Source of the DNA: the human T2T-CHM13v2.0 reference genome, Homo sapiens | Length of the DNA: 64,000 nt | Assembly: GCF_009914755.1 (NCBI RefSeq) | Contig: NC_060936.1 | Strand: one strand, 5' to 3' | In this document: one piece after another, positions 47,067-62,805 of the stretch | Layout of the letters: every line of letters starts with the position of its first letter | Position numbering within the stretch: position 1 is the stretch's first letter | The notes under the pieces: generated by a model | The model's input: the letters and a program-made list of their open reading frames with translations, nothing else | The model's database searches: none | What the model was told of the DNA's origin: nothing | Made by a program: the position numbers and the translations under genes

Positions 47067-48665
47067 CAAAGAATAATAGTACTGAATTCTTATTAAGTGC
47101 TTACAATATACCAGACTCTGTTCCAAGTGCTTTAAATGCTTTATATGCATTTCTTCATTTAATACTATGAGGTAGGTACTATTATTGTCCTAATTTTGCA
47201 GATGAAATGAAGGTTAAGTACTTTATATATATTATTTGTTTAATCCACACAACAAATTCATTAGGTCATAATCATTCTCACTTACAGAGACATCAAATAA
47301 CTCACTTAAGGTCACTCATCTAGTTAGTAGCCGGTTGGAGGCTCTCAGTCTGAGTCTGAAGAGCTGTTCCTAACCACATGCCACACTGCCTCCCCTTCCC
47401 GGAACAGGACAATGGATGAGGCATGGTCTCTGCTTTTGAAACTCAGTAGGGAAAGTAGATGTGTGGATAATTTACTGTGAAATGCAACAGAATTAAACAT
47501 GTAATGTGTTAGACTTTATAAGCAGGCTTTGCAGGTATATAGAGAAAAGAGGGACTTGATTCTGACCAGGGACATCCTGGAGGGCTTCATGGAAGAAATA
47601 GCATTTGGTCATAGCCTTGAAGGTCTTCAATTGTTAGGAGAATGAAGAAAAGGGCAATCAAAGGTGGGAAAACAAGAACAGAAGAAGGGAACCGGGAAAT
47701 GCAGGGCAAGCTGAAAGGTGCTCTGAGGAGATGGTGAGATGGTTAGCTCAACCAAGGCAAAGGGTACCTGACCGTCAGGCTTCCCAGTGCCTTGGGGAAA
47801 TGAATGAGTGGAGTAGGGGCTCCAAATGATTCTCTTCTCTTCTCCACTTCCTTTTGAATCTTCTTGTTTTGAGCTTTTTAATGGAAGTTTTTGAGAGAGA
47901 CAGAGGGAAAGATAAGCGTCTTCCACCCTCAACCTAGATGGAAGGTGCAAGAAAGTAAATGCCACCTCAGTAAGCTTATTATTCTGGTAATACAAGTAGC
48001 ACATGCCATAATTCAAAGTTCAGAAATTACAGAAAACTTGGACAGAATGTCACTGATAATCCCACTAGGGAGAAAAGTCCTTGGTCAACACTTTGGGGTT
48101 TTTTTCTCCCTGGTATTTACTTAGTACATAGTTTTTAATAACATAATCCTGATTATACTGTATGCAATTTTGAATTTTGCTCTTTTCTACTTAACATTTT
48201 AATATGAGGATTCTTTTTTTGGTATTGCAGTTCTATGTAATCATCTTTAACGGCTGCAAAAGTTTATTATTTTATCATGTGGATGTACTAGAGTTTATTT
48301 AATCATGTTTTTTATTTTTAAACACTTGTTTGTCAAATTTTGGATCCCATATGTAAGGTTTGGGTGCAAATCCTTGTGCATGAAGATTTTGCTACATTTT
48401 GAATTCAAACATTGGGACAGATTCCCAGAAATGGAATTACTGAGTCAGGAGTTATGAGTAGTTGTTAGTACCTTTGCTACATAATGCTAAATTGCTTCAA
48501 GATGGACTGAGAGCTGGCCAAGGCTTCATTGGGCTGCCTTTGAAAGAGGGACTCCGATCATTTGGAATGAAGAGCGCAGACCTTAGAGTCAGACAGACCT
48601 AGGTTGGAATCTTGCCTGCCTCTTATTAACCCTGTAACCTTGGGCCTGTTTTCTTATCTGCAAAG

Positions 48666-48866
48666 CATTGTTCCTTAACTTTGGCACTGTTGTCATTTTG
48701 GACTAAATTATTTGTTGTGAGAACTGTCCTGTGCATTGCAGCATGTTTAGCAGTATCTCTAACCTCTAGATGCCACTAGCAGCCCCCTGGATGTGACAAT
48801 CAAAATGTGTCCAGAAACTGCCAAATGTTCCCTGGGAGGCAAAAGCAACCCAGTGGAGGATTACTG
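48666..48866 (+). mobile_element. MER20 hAT-Charlie MITE inserted in a MIR
   Basis: ggcactgttgtcattttgg...tgtgacaatcaaaatgtgtccaga; 8-bp TSD ctgcaaag / ctgcaaaa. Confidence 0.85.
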
Positions 48867-49169
48867 CTGCAAAATTGAAATGATATTAATACATACCTTA
48901 TAGAGCACTGTTAGGATTAAATACAATGTATATTAAGTACTTTCACAGCGTCCGATACAGCTTTTACTATTGTTATTAGTAATAGTGGTAATAATAGTTT
49001 CTCACTGCTGGATGCTACAGAAGGACTCTGGAGAAGACAGACTGGATTAGCTCGAAGGCCAGTCCTACTCTAGGAGCCTCTGGTTCTTTGATTCTTTGGC
49101 CAATCATCCAGAAATGTCTCCGTTCCTCTCAATCCCGTGGTCAGAGAGTGGCCTGCTATTTAGAAATGG

Positions 49170-52100
49170 AACACCTGCAATGCTAGTTACAGGAAAACCC
49201 CTCAGCCCTCACAGGACCCAAGCCTAGCATAGGGAGATGCCTGGAGTCCAGGAAACTGCATTATTCCAGAGAGGGGATTCACTCTTGGATAGTCCCTCCC
49301 TGCTCCCCACTCCTGCAAAACCAAGCTGCTGCGGCATAGCACCATTTTGAGAGTAGTCATTACTAGACTACATCCTGCCCTGGGTCCCAGTAGCCCCTGC
49401 ATCTCCACACCCTTGGGACTCAGCTAACATCTCCCACATCCACTCAGAAGTCTGCAGCATTGCAACATCAGCTGGACCCAGCAATGCAGCTACATCCTCA
49501 GCACCTAAGCCCAGTCAGTGCCCTACACCATGGGGAACAGGCGGTCTTGCACATCAGGGAGTCTGCCTCCAGGACATAGGAAGCCAAAGCACACACTCCC
49601 CAGTACCTGAAAGCTTCCTGCCCCAGGGCCACCACCAATAGCAAACTTGCCCCCTCCAGTGGTCCCACACATCACTCAGGGACCTAAAGACAAGACCACC
49701 AGCATCAGTACCCAAACACAGCACCCAAGAGCCTGAGGATCAGCTCACCCAGGGTCTGCAATCACCAGCACCCATGTGTGCCATGCAGGGGCCCCAGGAC
49801 AGACCCAACCAGGGCCCACTGCCACTGCTGTCCAGTGAACCTGCCACTTCAGTGGTGGGACCACCATGCACCTTTTTGCACCATCCAGGAGCCCAAGGAC
49901 TGGCCCATCCAGCATCCTTGTCCCCAGCAAAACCATACCACATCCATCACAAACAACTACAGTCTAAGCTAGTGAGGAACATGCAGACACTGCTGACATT
50001 GACTACAGTGGAAGAAATCATACAAAGGCTACACTGCTGCGCCCACCTGGAATCAAAGCCAAAGAACCCTACCCGACTAACACTATAGATACATCTACAG
50101 CAAAAAGTCTTTCCTTGCAAAAGCTACTCCATAAAATTAGAAAAAGCACCTGCATAGGAAACCTATTTAATAAAATAATAGCTGAAAACTTCAAAAGTCC
50201 TGTGAGTGATATAGGTGACATTCAGATAAGATAGCTCAAAGATCTCCAAATAGATTAAACCCAAAAAGGTCCCCTCTGGGGCACATTATAGTCAAACTGT
50301 CAAATGTCAAAGACACAGAAAAAATTTAAAACAGCAAGAGAAAAGCATCCAGCTACATATAAGGGAATTCCCATCAAACTAGAAACAGATTTCTCAGCAG
50401 AAACCTTATAGGCCAGGAAAGAATGGGATGATATATTCAAAGTGCTGAAAGGAATAAAAAAAATCCTGCCAGCCAAGAAGACTATATCCAGCAATGCTAT
50501 CTTTTAGAAATGAAGGAGAAATAGTCTTCCCAGGACAACCAAAAACTGAGGGAATTTACCACCTCTATGCCTGCCCTACAAGAAATGCTTAAGGGAGCCC
50601 TACATCTGAAAGTAAAAGGACAATATCTACCCTGAAAAAAAACACATGAATGTATAAAACTCACTGATAGAGCAAATACACAAATGAGAAACAGAGATGA
50701 ATCAAACATTATTACTACAGAAAACTACCAAACTGCAAAGCTAAAGAATAAGAGAGGAAGAAATATATACAATATTATATACAATATACAAAACAATCAG
50801 AAAACAATTAACAAAATGACAGGAATAAGTTTTCACCTATCAATAACAACCTTGAATGTAAATAGTTTAAATTCTCCAATTAAAAGGTATAGACTGGCTG
50901 AAAGAATAAAAAAGTAAGACCCAGCTAGGTGCTGCCCACAGGAAACTCACTTCACCTGTAGAGACTCACATAGACTGAAAGTGAAGGAATGGAAAAAGAT
51001 GTTCTACACAAACAGAAACCAAAAGCATACAACAGTAGCTATATTTATTTCAGACAAAAATAGACTTTAAGTCAAAAAAACATAAAAAGAGACAAAGAAG
51101 GTCATTATATAATCATAAAGGACTCCTTTTAGCAAGAGAATATAACAGTTTTAAATATATATGTACCCAACACCAGAGCACCCAGATATATAAAACAAAC
51201 ATTATTAGCTAAAGGGAGAGATTTACTGCAATACAATAATAGTAGGGGACTTCAACAGCCCACTTTCAGTAATGGACAGATCATCCAGACAGAAAAATCA
51301 ACAAAGAAACATCAGAGTTAAACTGCACTTTAAGCCAAATGGATTTAACAGACATTATACAACATTTTACCCAACAGCCATAGAATACACATTTTTCTCA
51401 ACAACACATGGAATATTCTCCAGTTTAGACCATATGTTAGGTCACAAAGCAAGTCTTGACAAATTTTTAAAAACTGAAATCATATCAAGTATCTTTTCAG
51501 ACCACAAAGGAATAAAACTAGAAGTCAATAACGAGGAACTTTGGAAATACATGGACACTAAACAACATGCTTCTAAATGACCAATGGGTCAATGAAGAAA
51601 TTTAAAAAGAAATTAAAGAGCCAGCCACAGTGACATGCATCTGTAGCTCCAGCTACTCAGGAGGCTGAGGCAGAAGGATCACCAGAGCCAAGGGCTTTGA
51701 GGCTATAGTGTTCTATGGTCACAACTGTGAATAGCCACTTCGTTCCAGCCTGGGTAACATAGCAATACCCTGTCTCTTAAAAAAAAAAAAAAAAATTTAA
51801 GAAATTCCTTGACACAAATAAAAATGGAAACATAACATACCAAGATCTATAGTATACACAAAAGCAGTGCTAAGAGAAAAGTTTATAGCAATAAACACCT
51901 ACATCAAAATAAGTAGAAAGATTTTTAATGAACTGCCTAACAATGCACCTTAAGGAACTAGAAAAGCAAGAAGAAAGCAAACCCAAAATTAGGGGAAGGA
52001 AAGAAATAATAAAGATCAGAGCAGAAATAAATGAAATAGAGACTAAAAAACAATACAAAGGATCAATGAAATAAAAAGTTTTTTGAAAAGATAAACAAAA

Positions 52101-55100
52101 TTGACAAACCTTTAGCTAGACTAAGAAATAAACAGAGAAGTCCCAAATAAATAAAATCAGGGACAAAAAAGGAGGCATTACAACTGATACGACAGAAATA
52201 CAAAGGATCATTAGAGACTATTATGAATAACTATACACCAACAGATTGGAAAGCCTAGAGGAAATGGATAAATTCCTGGACACCTACCACCTACCAAGAT
52301 TGGACCATGAATAAATAGAAAACCTGAACATAACAATAACAAGTAATGAGACTGACTCAGTAATAAACATTCTCCTAACAAAGAAAAGCCCAGGACTGGA
52401 TGGCTTTACTGCTGAATTCTACCAAACTTTTAAAGAAGAATTAACACCAATTTTTCTCGAACTATTCCAAAAAAACTTGAAGAGAAGGGAATTCTTCCTA
52501 ACTCATTCTACAATGCCAATATTATCCTAATACTAAAACCAGACAAAATCACAACAAAAAAGAAAATTATAGATCAATATCCTCAGTGAACATAAATGCA
52601 AAAATCCCAACAAAATACTAGCAAAGCAAATTCAGCAGCACATCAGAAACATAATACATCGTAATCTGGTTGGATTAATCCTAGAAATGCAAGGAAATTC
52701 AGCATATACAAATCAATAAACACACACATCACATCAGCAGGGTAAAGAACAAAAACCACGTGAGTATCTCAATAGAGGCAGAAAATGCATGTGACAAATT
52801 CAACATCCCTAAACTCTCAACAAATTAGGCATAGAAGGAAAAAACCTCAACACAGTGAAGGCCATATATGACACACCCACAGCTAACATTATATTTAATG
52901 GGGAAAAGCTGAAAGCCTTTGCCCTAAGAAATGGAACAAGGATGCCCACTTTCACCACTCTTATTCAAATTGTACTGGAAGCCCTAACAAGCAATTAAGC
53001 AAGAGAAAGAAATGGCATCCACATCAAAAAACAGGAAGTAAAATGGTCCCTCTTTGCAAATGGCATGATCTTATATTTAGAAAAATCTAAAGAGTCCACC
53101 AAAAAACTGTTAGAACTGAGTAACAAATTCAGTAAAGTTGCAGCATACCAAATCAACATACAAAAATCAGTAGTGTTTCTATATGCCAATAACAAACTAG
53201 TTGAAAAACAAACCAAGAAAGCAATCCCATTTACAATAGCTACAAAAAATTTGCCTAGGGATAAATTTAACCAATGAAGTGAAAGATCTCTGCAATGAAA
53301 ACTACAAAACACTGATGAAAGAATTGAACACAGAAAATGGAAAGACATTCCATGCTTATGGATTGGAATAATTAATATTGGAAAATTACCATCCTACCCA
53401 AGAAATCTACAGTCAGTGCAATCCTTATCAAAACACCAATGACATTCTTCAAAGAAATCGAAAAAAACACCTTAAGGTTTATATGGAAATACAAAAAACC
53501 CTAAATAGCCAAAACAATCCTAAGCAAAAAGAGGAGGCATCATACTACTTGACTTCAAAGTATACTAAGCAATAATAACCAAAACAGCATGGTATTGGTA
53601 TAAAAACAGACACATAGACCAATGGAACAGAATAGAGAACCCAGAAATAAATCCATATTTCCAGCCAACTGATTTTCAACAAAGGCACCAAGAACATATA
53701 TTAGGGAAAGGACACTCTTTTCAATAAGTGGTGCTGGGGAAACTGGATATCCATATCCAGAAGAATGAAACCAGATCCCTATCTCTCACCATATACAAAA
53801 ATCAACTCAAAATGGATTAAAGACTTAAATGCAAGGCCTGAAATGTAAAAATCCTAGAAGAAAACATAGGGGAAATGCTTCAGGACATTGGTCTAGGCAA
53901 AGATTTTAGAGGTAAGACTTCAAAAGTACAGGCAACAAAACCAAAAATAGATAAATGAGCCTATATCAAATGAAAAAGCTTCTGTGCATCAAAGGAAACA
54001 ATTAACAAATTGAAGAGACAGCCTATGGAGTGGGAGAAAATAGTTGCAAACTATTCACCTGACAAAGGACTAATGTACGTAATAGACAAGGAACTCAACC
54101 TCAAAGAAAAAAAAAAATCTGATTTTAAAGTGTGCAAAAGATCTAAATAGACATTTCTCAAAAGAAGACATACAAGTAGCCAACAAGTATATTTTTAAGT
54201 GCTTAACATCAGTAATCATCGAGGAAATGCAAATCAAAACCACACTGAGATATCTCACCCCAGTTAGAGTGGCTGTTATCAAAAAGAAAAAATAACAAAT
54301 ACTGGCAAGGACGTAGAGCAAAGGGAATCCTCACACACTATTAGTGGGAATGTAAATTAGTACAGTCATTATGAAGAACAGTGTGGAGGATCCTCCAAAA
54401 ACTAAAAATAGAACTGCCATATGATCCAACAATTCCACTACTGGGCATTTATCCAAAGGAAAGAAAATTAGTATATCCAAGACATGTCTGCACCCTCATG
54501 TTTATTGTAACACTATTTATAAAACCAAGATGTGGATCAACCTATGATGAATTCATCAACAGATGAATGGATAAAGAAAATGTGTATATTTATACAATGG
54601 AATACCACTCAGCCATTAAAAATGAAATCCTGTCATTTATGGCGACATGGATGAAACTGGAGAACAATATATTAAATAAAATAAGTCAGGCACAGAAAGA
54701 TAAATACCACATGATCTTCTTTGTATATGGAATCTTAAAAAAAAAAATTGAGCCCATAGAAGTAGAGACTAACATTATAGACATTAGAAGCCTGGAAGAG
54801 TAGCGGGGATTAGAGGATAGGAAGAGGTTGGTTATGGATACAAAATTACAGCCAAATCAAGAACCAAGTTCTAATGTTCTATTCCACTGTAGGGTGAATA
54901 TAGTTAACAATAATGTATAAGTTCAGAAAGCTAGAAGAGAGGATTTTGAATGTTCCAAGCACAAAGACATGATAAATGTTTGAGGTGATGGATATGGTAA
55001 TTACCCTGATTTGATCATCATACATTATATACATGTATCAAAATATCACTGTGTACCCCATAAATATGTGCAATTCTTATGTGTCAACTGAAAAGGAAAA

Positions 55101-55105
55101 AAAAA
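49170..55105 (+). mobile_element. Near full-length decayed L1MA-type LINE (5'UTR, partial ORF1, ORF2, 3'UTR)
   Basis: ORF2-like fragments (LSITTLNVNSLNSPIKRYRLAE; MILYLEKSKESTKKLLELSNKFSKVAAYQINIQKS); L1MA-type 3' end taccctgatttgatcat...taccccataaatatg; many stops and frameshifts; 5' boundary approximate. Confidence 0.88.
51620..51795 (+). mobile_element. FAM (fossil Alu monomer) nested in L1 ORF2
   Basis: Monomer with the FAM/7SL-type ctatg...ctgtgaatagccact segment and an A-tail. Confidence 0.8.
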
Positions 55106-57642
55106 GAAATAGAATTGCTTCTCAGGTCTTCCTGATGGCAGCCTTCCCCCTTGGCTTTTCCTCCACCCTCCCTTGCTCACTCCAGGCTGTCTGCAGCACA
55201 GCCTTCCTCCCAGAGGACAGTGAGTGTCAACATGGCTCAGTTACTGGGCAGCCCACACCCTTCAAACTACTTCTCTTTGGGGACAGTGGAGGCCAAGTCT
55301 ACCTCAGATCTGGCCAACCTCAGAGCTTCTCAGACTCTGCCCTCCAAATGCAGATTCACAGGAATTCCAGCCTCTGCAAGTTCGTCCCGCAGTTTTTCAG
55401 AGTCCCCAGGTGGCATCTGATGTGTAGCCACCACTTCCTGCCAGGCTGTGGCCCAGCTTAGGGCTGCCCACAGCCTGCGGCCTTGGCCTCCTGTGAGCCT
55501 GCATGAGCCTATGGCTGGGGCTGCCTTGGAAGACTCTGACCTCCCAGCCAAGGGCACGACTGGGAAGTCTCCAGGCCTTTCCAAAGCTACTGCCATCAAC
55601 CCTGCCTCCATGGTCTATGCAGCTCTTCCCCACTCTATGCCCACCGAGAATGCCACTACCAACAGATGCCAGTAGAAGGGGTGCTGACCTGTTCTGCCAA
55701 AACCCTAGGGATGCAGAAGCAGCTTGGGATCTCCGGAGGCTGTGCTGCCCCCAGGGCATGAAGACCCCTGCCTTCACAGGGCAGCGTGGTGTGGGGGAGA
55801 GCCAGATGGCAGCAGCTTCCAGGCCAGTTATTGGACTCAGTGGCAGTGTAATTTCAGTCTTATTAGTTCTCTGTGCCTCACTTTCCTCATTTGTGAGATG
55901 CATATGCTAGCAGGACCAGCCCCATTGGGTCATGTGGCACTTAAATGGGTGTAACAGGTCTAAAGTGCTGAGAATTATCCTGCACACAGGAAGCACTAGC
56001 TGTTGGTTTGCTGTCATCCACCTTAGCCTCCTCTGGTGATCCCAGAGCTCAGCTGTCTGGGCTCCTCCAACTTTTCATAGCCTTCAGGGAGCAGCTCTTT
56101 GAGCTCTGCCAGGGGCCAGGCAGGAAGTCTGATCAGAGAGACCAGGATTCTGTTGATTTCAGCACCAGCTTCCTTCCAGGCCTCCGTTGTTGTTGAGTTG
56201 CTTCTTCTACCCCTCCAGGCTCTTCCTGCTTGGTGATTTATTTCTTACAGCCTCCTTGGTCATTTATGCAGGTTGACCATCAGCCACCCCGCTGTCCTCC
56301 AGACAGACACCAATGGGGTAGACTCTGAGAACCCCAGGCTGGAAGCTCTGCTCCATCAGCAGAGGCCAACCAAATTCCTGAGCCCCCACCCCACAAAGTG
56401 GGCCCCACTCTGGAGTCTGTGACGGCACAGACTTTGGGAGATGTTTGGGATTTGAGCCTCAGACTCTTCGTCAGACTTTTTAAGGGCCACACTCAAAACT
56501 GGGTTCTAGATTTGTGCCTTTTTGGAGGCACTGTGTCATAGTGACAAAGAACACAAGCCCACATTGTGTGTCCAACTCCAGGTTGGAGTCACAGCCTGCC
56601 ACTTGCTGAGTGACACCTGGGCCAGTTGCCTCCTCCCTCAATTTTCCCATCTCTGAAATTGATATAATAATGCTCACCTTGTGTGGCTCTTATATAAATC
56701 AAATAGAAAACGTGTCTAAATGCCCGGAGACATGGTAGGTGCTCAGCATATTGGGGCTTCTACCTCTGCTGTCTCTTCTTCCTCTACTCCAGGTCACTGT
56801 CCTCACTGGAAAATTAAAAACATTGTCTCAGTGCCCGATCCCACCCCAGGCCTCTATCTTTGAGTTTTCTTCTAGGTCCCTTCCCAACTTTCACTGATTG
56901 GGAGCTCTTATTCTGACCAGTGGTTGGAGCTTCCCCTTACTAGGCTAAAGTGATGTGAATGCCCGGAGGCAGGCACCCAGCTTAGCTTCCTTTTTTTTTC
57001 TTCCTCCCAGGGAGTGCAATCTCTAAAACATGAGAATGGAGAGAAAAAGGAAGCAGTAGCAGCTAAGGATCTCAGTGCACCCCAAAGGGACCCCAGGAAT
57101 GAGCAGCTTTGCAGTGTAGAGTCCTAAAAAAGTCAACCCCAGCATGAAGCAGCAAATCAGGTGCTCAGCGTTCAGAATGCTGGCAGGACTACCCCTCTCT
57201 GTCCCATGTACCCAGCATCCTGGTCTCACCACTCAGAAAGGAGGAAGAGCAGGCAGCCCATGAGCCCAGGAGAACTGCTTATTCAATGCCAAGTATGCCA
57301 GGCATTTACACATTTTGCACTTAACCCTCATAACCACCTGAGAGGTGAAGATTATTCCTCGCCTGAGAGGTTAAGTGACTCGCCTGTGTTTACACAGGCT
57401 GGAGCTGAGATTTGAACTCTTTCCTCTGATCCCTGCTTAACTTTCAGCAGTAGTTCCCCACGTTTTCCATCTGCAGCTGCCCTTATGTCTTCCCTGTGAT
57501 CTGCCTCTAAAAGAGAATGTCCTTCCTTGATGCTTTTAAAAATTTCTTGGATGAATTTTCCAGCTGTGGGAAATGGAGAGTGGAGAGGCAGGCTCAGGGC
57601 TGGGTATGTGAAGATGCAGAGAGATGTAGGGATGTAACCCCC

Positions 57643-58110
57643 TGCGTTAGTCTATTTGTGCTGCTCTAACAAAACTCCTGAGACTGGAGGATTTATAAAG
57701 AACAGAAATGTATTTTCTTATAGTTCTGGAGGCTGGGAAGTTCAATATCAAGATGCCAGCCAGGTCAAGGTCAGGTGGTCTGGTTCTCTCTGCCTCCAAG
57801 ATGGTGGCTTGTTGCCATATCCTCATATGGCAGGAGGTGGAAGGGCAAGAGAAGAAGAGTGTTCCAGCTCCAGAAGAGAGAGAAAGAGAAAATTTACCTT
57901 TCCTGTGCCTTTTTGTTCTATCCAGGCCTCGGCCACTTGGATGGTGCCTGCCCACACTGGGTGAGGACAGGTATTCCTCACTCAGCCCACTGATTCAAAT
58001 GCCAGTCTCTTCTGAAAATACTCTCACAGACACACCCAGAAATAATGCATTACCGGCTATCTAGGTGTCCTTTAATCCAGTCAAGTCGACTCCTAAAATT
58101 AACCATCATA
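57643..58110 (-). mobile_element. Solo LTR with MLT2-like 5' half and MST/MLT1A-like 3' half
   Basis: See finding; TSD ccccc / cccct. Confidence 0.75.
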
Positions 58111-58268
58111 CCCCTTGCTGCCATCTGCACAAGGCCCTGATCTGTTGGCCAGGCACTGAGCTCAGTGGATCGTAGTCTAGTTAGGCTGTCCTGACGAAGC
58201 CTTAGGACTTAGATAACATAGAGCTTTCCTTTATTTCGACAACTCCTATTAGAAATAGGGGCTGCTTG

Positions 58269-58604
<336 letters not shown>

Positions 58605-58954
58605 TTAGGGCTGCATCTATAATCAATCAATCAATCAAGAGCTCTGTGAACCTCATTCCCATAATCAACCCCCCTAAAGCTGGTGAACAGTCCTCTTGTC
58701 AGTCATCTTTTGAAGTAGTGGCCCCTCCCTCAGACAGGAAACAGGAAGCCAGGAGATGAGTCCTAAGCCTTCGGAGGAGAAACTCCTGCCTCTCACTTTG
58801 CCTCACTTACTCGAATTTGGATGTTAGGTAAATGTGTCACGTTGAAAGGTACAGCAGGATGGTGGAGAAGGGGTGAGATCTAAAGGCCTGGTTTCAGCTG
58901 GACAATGAGAGGGAATGGGGGAGCCCCAACAGGGGCTAGCATCATGTCAGATAT

Positions 58955-59918
<964 letters not shown>

Positions 59919-60159
59919 GATATCTTAGGCGGCTGTCTCCCAAAGTACGCAACATATTCTGGTGTGCATGAGATGATCGTAAGTAGGACAGGGCAAGTGC
60001 ATTAAATAATATTGATTATAGAGTGATTCTTTTACATTCATTTGAATCTTAATTACTTTAAAAAGAAAGGCTCCATTTGATATCAGCCCCTAACACTTCT
60101 GTAACACCTGTTACGTATAAAAAGGAAAACAGGGCCAGAATTCAGCTAGAAATTAATTA

Positions 60160-60598
60160 CATTTGATCCTTGAACAATCTGGGACTTAGGGGCACTGAAC
60201 CCCTATGCAGTCAAAAATCTCTGTGTAACTTTTGACTCCCCAAAAGCTTACTACTAATATCCCACTGTTGACCAGAAGCCTTACTGGTAACATAAACAGT
60301 CCATTAACGTGTATTTTATGTTATATTCTTATATATGATATTCTTACCATAAGTAAGCTTGAGAAAAGAAAAAATTATTAAGGAAACCATAAGGAAGAGA
60401 AAATGTACTTACTATTCATTAAGTGGAAGCAGATCATCATAAAGGTCATCATCCTTGTCATCTTCATGTTGAGTAGGCCCAGGAGGAGAAGGAAAAGGAG
60501 GAGTTGGTCTTGTTGTATGATGGGTGGCAGAGGTGGAAGAAAATCCATGTATAAGTGGATCCAAGTAGTTCCAGCCTGCATTGTTCAAGGGTGAACTG
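60160..60598. mobile_element. Tigger2a-like Tc1-mariner MITE
   Basis: TIRs catttgatccttgaacaa / ttgttcaagggtgaactg with TA flanks. Confidence 0.8.
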
Positions 60599-60634
60599 TA
60601 CACTGTTTTGTTGTCATCAAATTTACTTTTATAG

Positions 60635-61006
<372 letters not shown>

Positions 61007-61411
61007 CTAGAGGAATTAATTTATAAGCAGATACCTGGATGATCAGTAGGAGTTAGCCTGGAGAAGAAGAGGGAGAGAATGTTCTGGACAGAGGGAATAG
61101 CATATGTACAAGGCTCAGGGGCAATAGAGAGCATAGCCCATTCTTGTGACTACAGTTAAAGCAGTGTTGGCCACAACATAGAGGGTGTGTCACAGGGCGA
61201 GGGAGGCAGTATGCAGGAACGGGACGCAAAGGGCTTCCTGAGCCTTGTTAGAAACATTGGGTTCCAGAAGGGCAGGATTAAAATGATCTTAGCCGCCCTC
61301 TGTGCTTGAAACGCACCCCAGATTCAGTAAGCCCTCCTATGCTGAATGAATGAATCCATTCCTCTCTGCTTGGTGAGTGACTTCAAGGTCCCATTGAACC
61401 ACTTTATTTAA

Positions 61412-61720
<309 letters not shown>

Positions 61721-62805
61721 TAAGAACTGCCTTGCCTTGCCTTGTGGTGGGTGGGTACTGCCTCCAGGGTGGGGCAAGTGTCCAGGATGGGGAGGATGAT
61801 GGGGGTAGAAAGGACTCACTTCCTAAAACTTGCCAGAGTGGTCCCGGTGGGAACCTTGCACCCTGAGGGGATATCTTAGACCCGTGTGGGGGTCCTTGAA
61901 ATGGGTTTTTATAGGGCTGGTTCTGTTTAGGATAAAACTGGCCTATGTCAGATAAGTGGGTCTGCAAATTCCAGAGGGTAAGGGCCTCTGCAGTGATGGG
62001 TGGTGTCCTCATGAAGGCAGTCTTGGAGGATGCCACCACCTCTCGTGGGAGTTATCTTCATCTTCTTTCATCCTGGCTGCCCCAGGGCCCGGGATAACCA
62101 GAAGCACCTACTCAGCCAGAAGTGGGCCTCTCAGGTGGGCAAGGGGCTTGATTGCCCAGGGAGAGGCAGTGTGACTGTTCTTTGAAGCCAAATCCTCATG
62201 GGGAAGGAAGGAACTGGGAGAGGACCCGGAGGCTGCCTGGAGGCCTCCTGTCTGCCTCCCCACTTCCTTTAGCGACGGATTAATAGATCCTCTCCCCACA
62301 GTGTCTCACGAATCAGGTCCCTCCTCCATACAGACTCATTCACTCTGAGTACTGTAGGTGTGACCCATTTATCAAAAAGAGAGGTTAAGAGAGCAGGCTC
62401 TGTGATCCTGACTGCCTAGGTTCAAATCCAGGCTTTTCTAATTAAAAGCTGGGGATCCTTGGGAAAGGCATCTGCAAAATAGGGATACAAAGAGTAAATT
62501 CTACATAGGGATGTTTGAAAATTTAATAAATTGAACAGTGCCCAGCACATAGTAGGTGCTCAATAAATGTTAACTTTTATTATTGTTGTTGTAGATATGA
62601 TCTGCATATAGCTGAACAACTCCCAACTTGGGCTCCTACAGTTTTCCTTTCTGTTACTTGGTGCCAAGTGGTTTTGGAAAGCTCATTGGATGCTCTGCTT
62701 CTGCCAGATGGATTGGGGCTGAATTGGGCTGTCTTACAAAACCATGTCTCTTGGCTTTCAGTTAAGGGAAAAAGATGGAACATAGGCTATACGGAGGTTG
62801 CTGTT

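Noticed and set aside
46325-47150. Poly-Met/Val and poly-His/Ile ORFs
   Set aside because: Artefacts of the GAT/GGT array
49161-55115. agaaat(g/a)gaa as TSD of the long L1
   Set aside because: Only 9/10 identity in A-rich sequence; too weak to fix the boundary
55033-55954. Cluster of 90-168 aa ORFs in GC-rich unique DNA
   Set aside because: Open in several frames on both strands, as expected from GC content; no homology recognised
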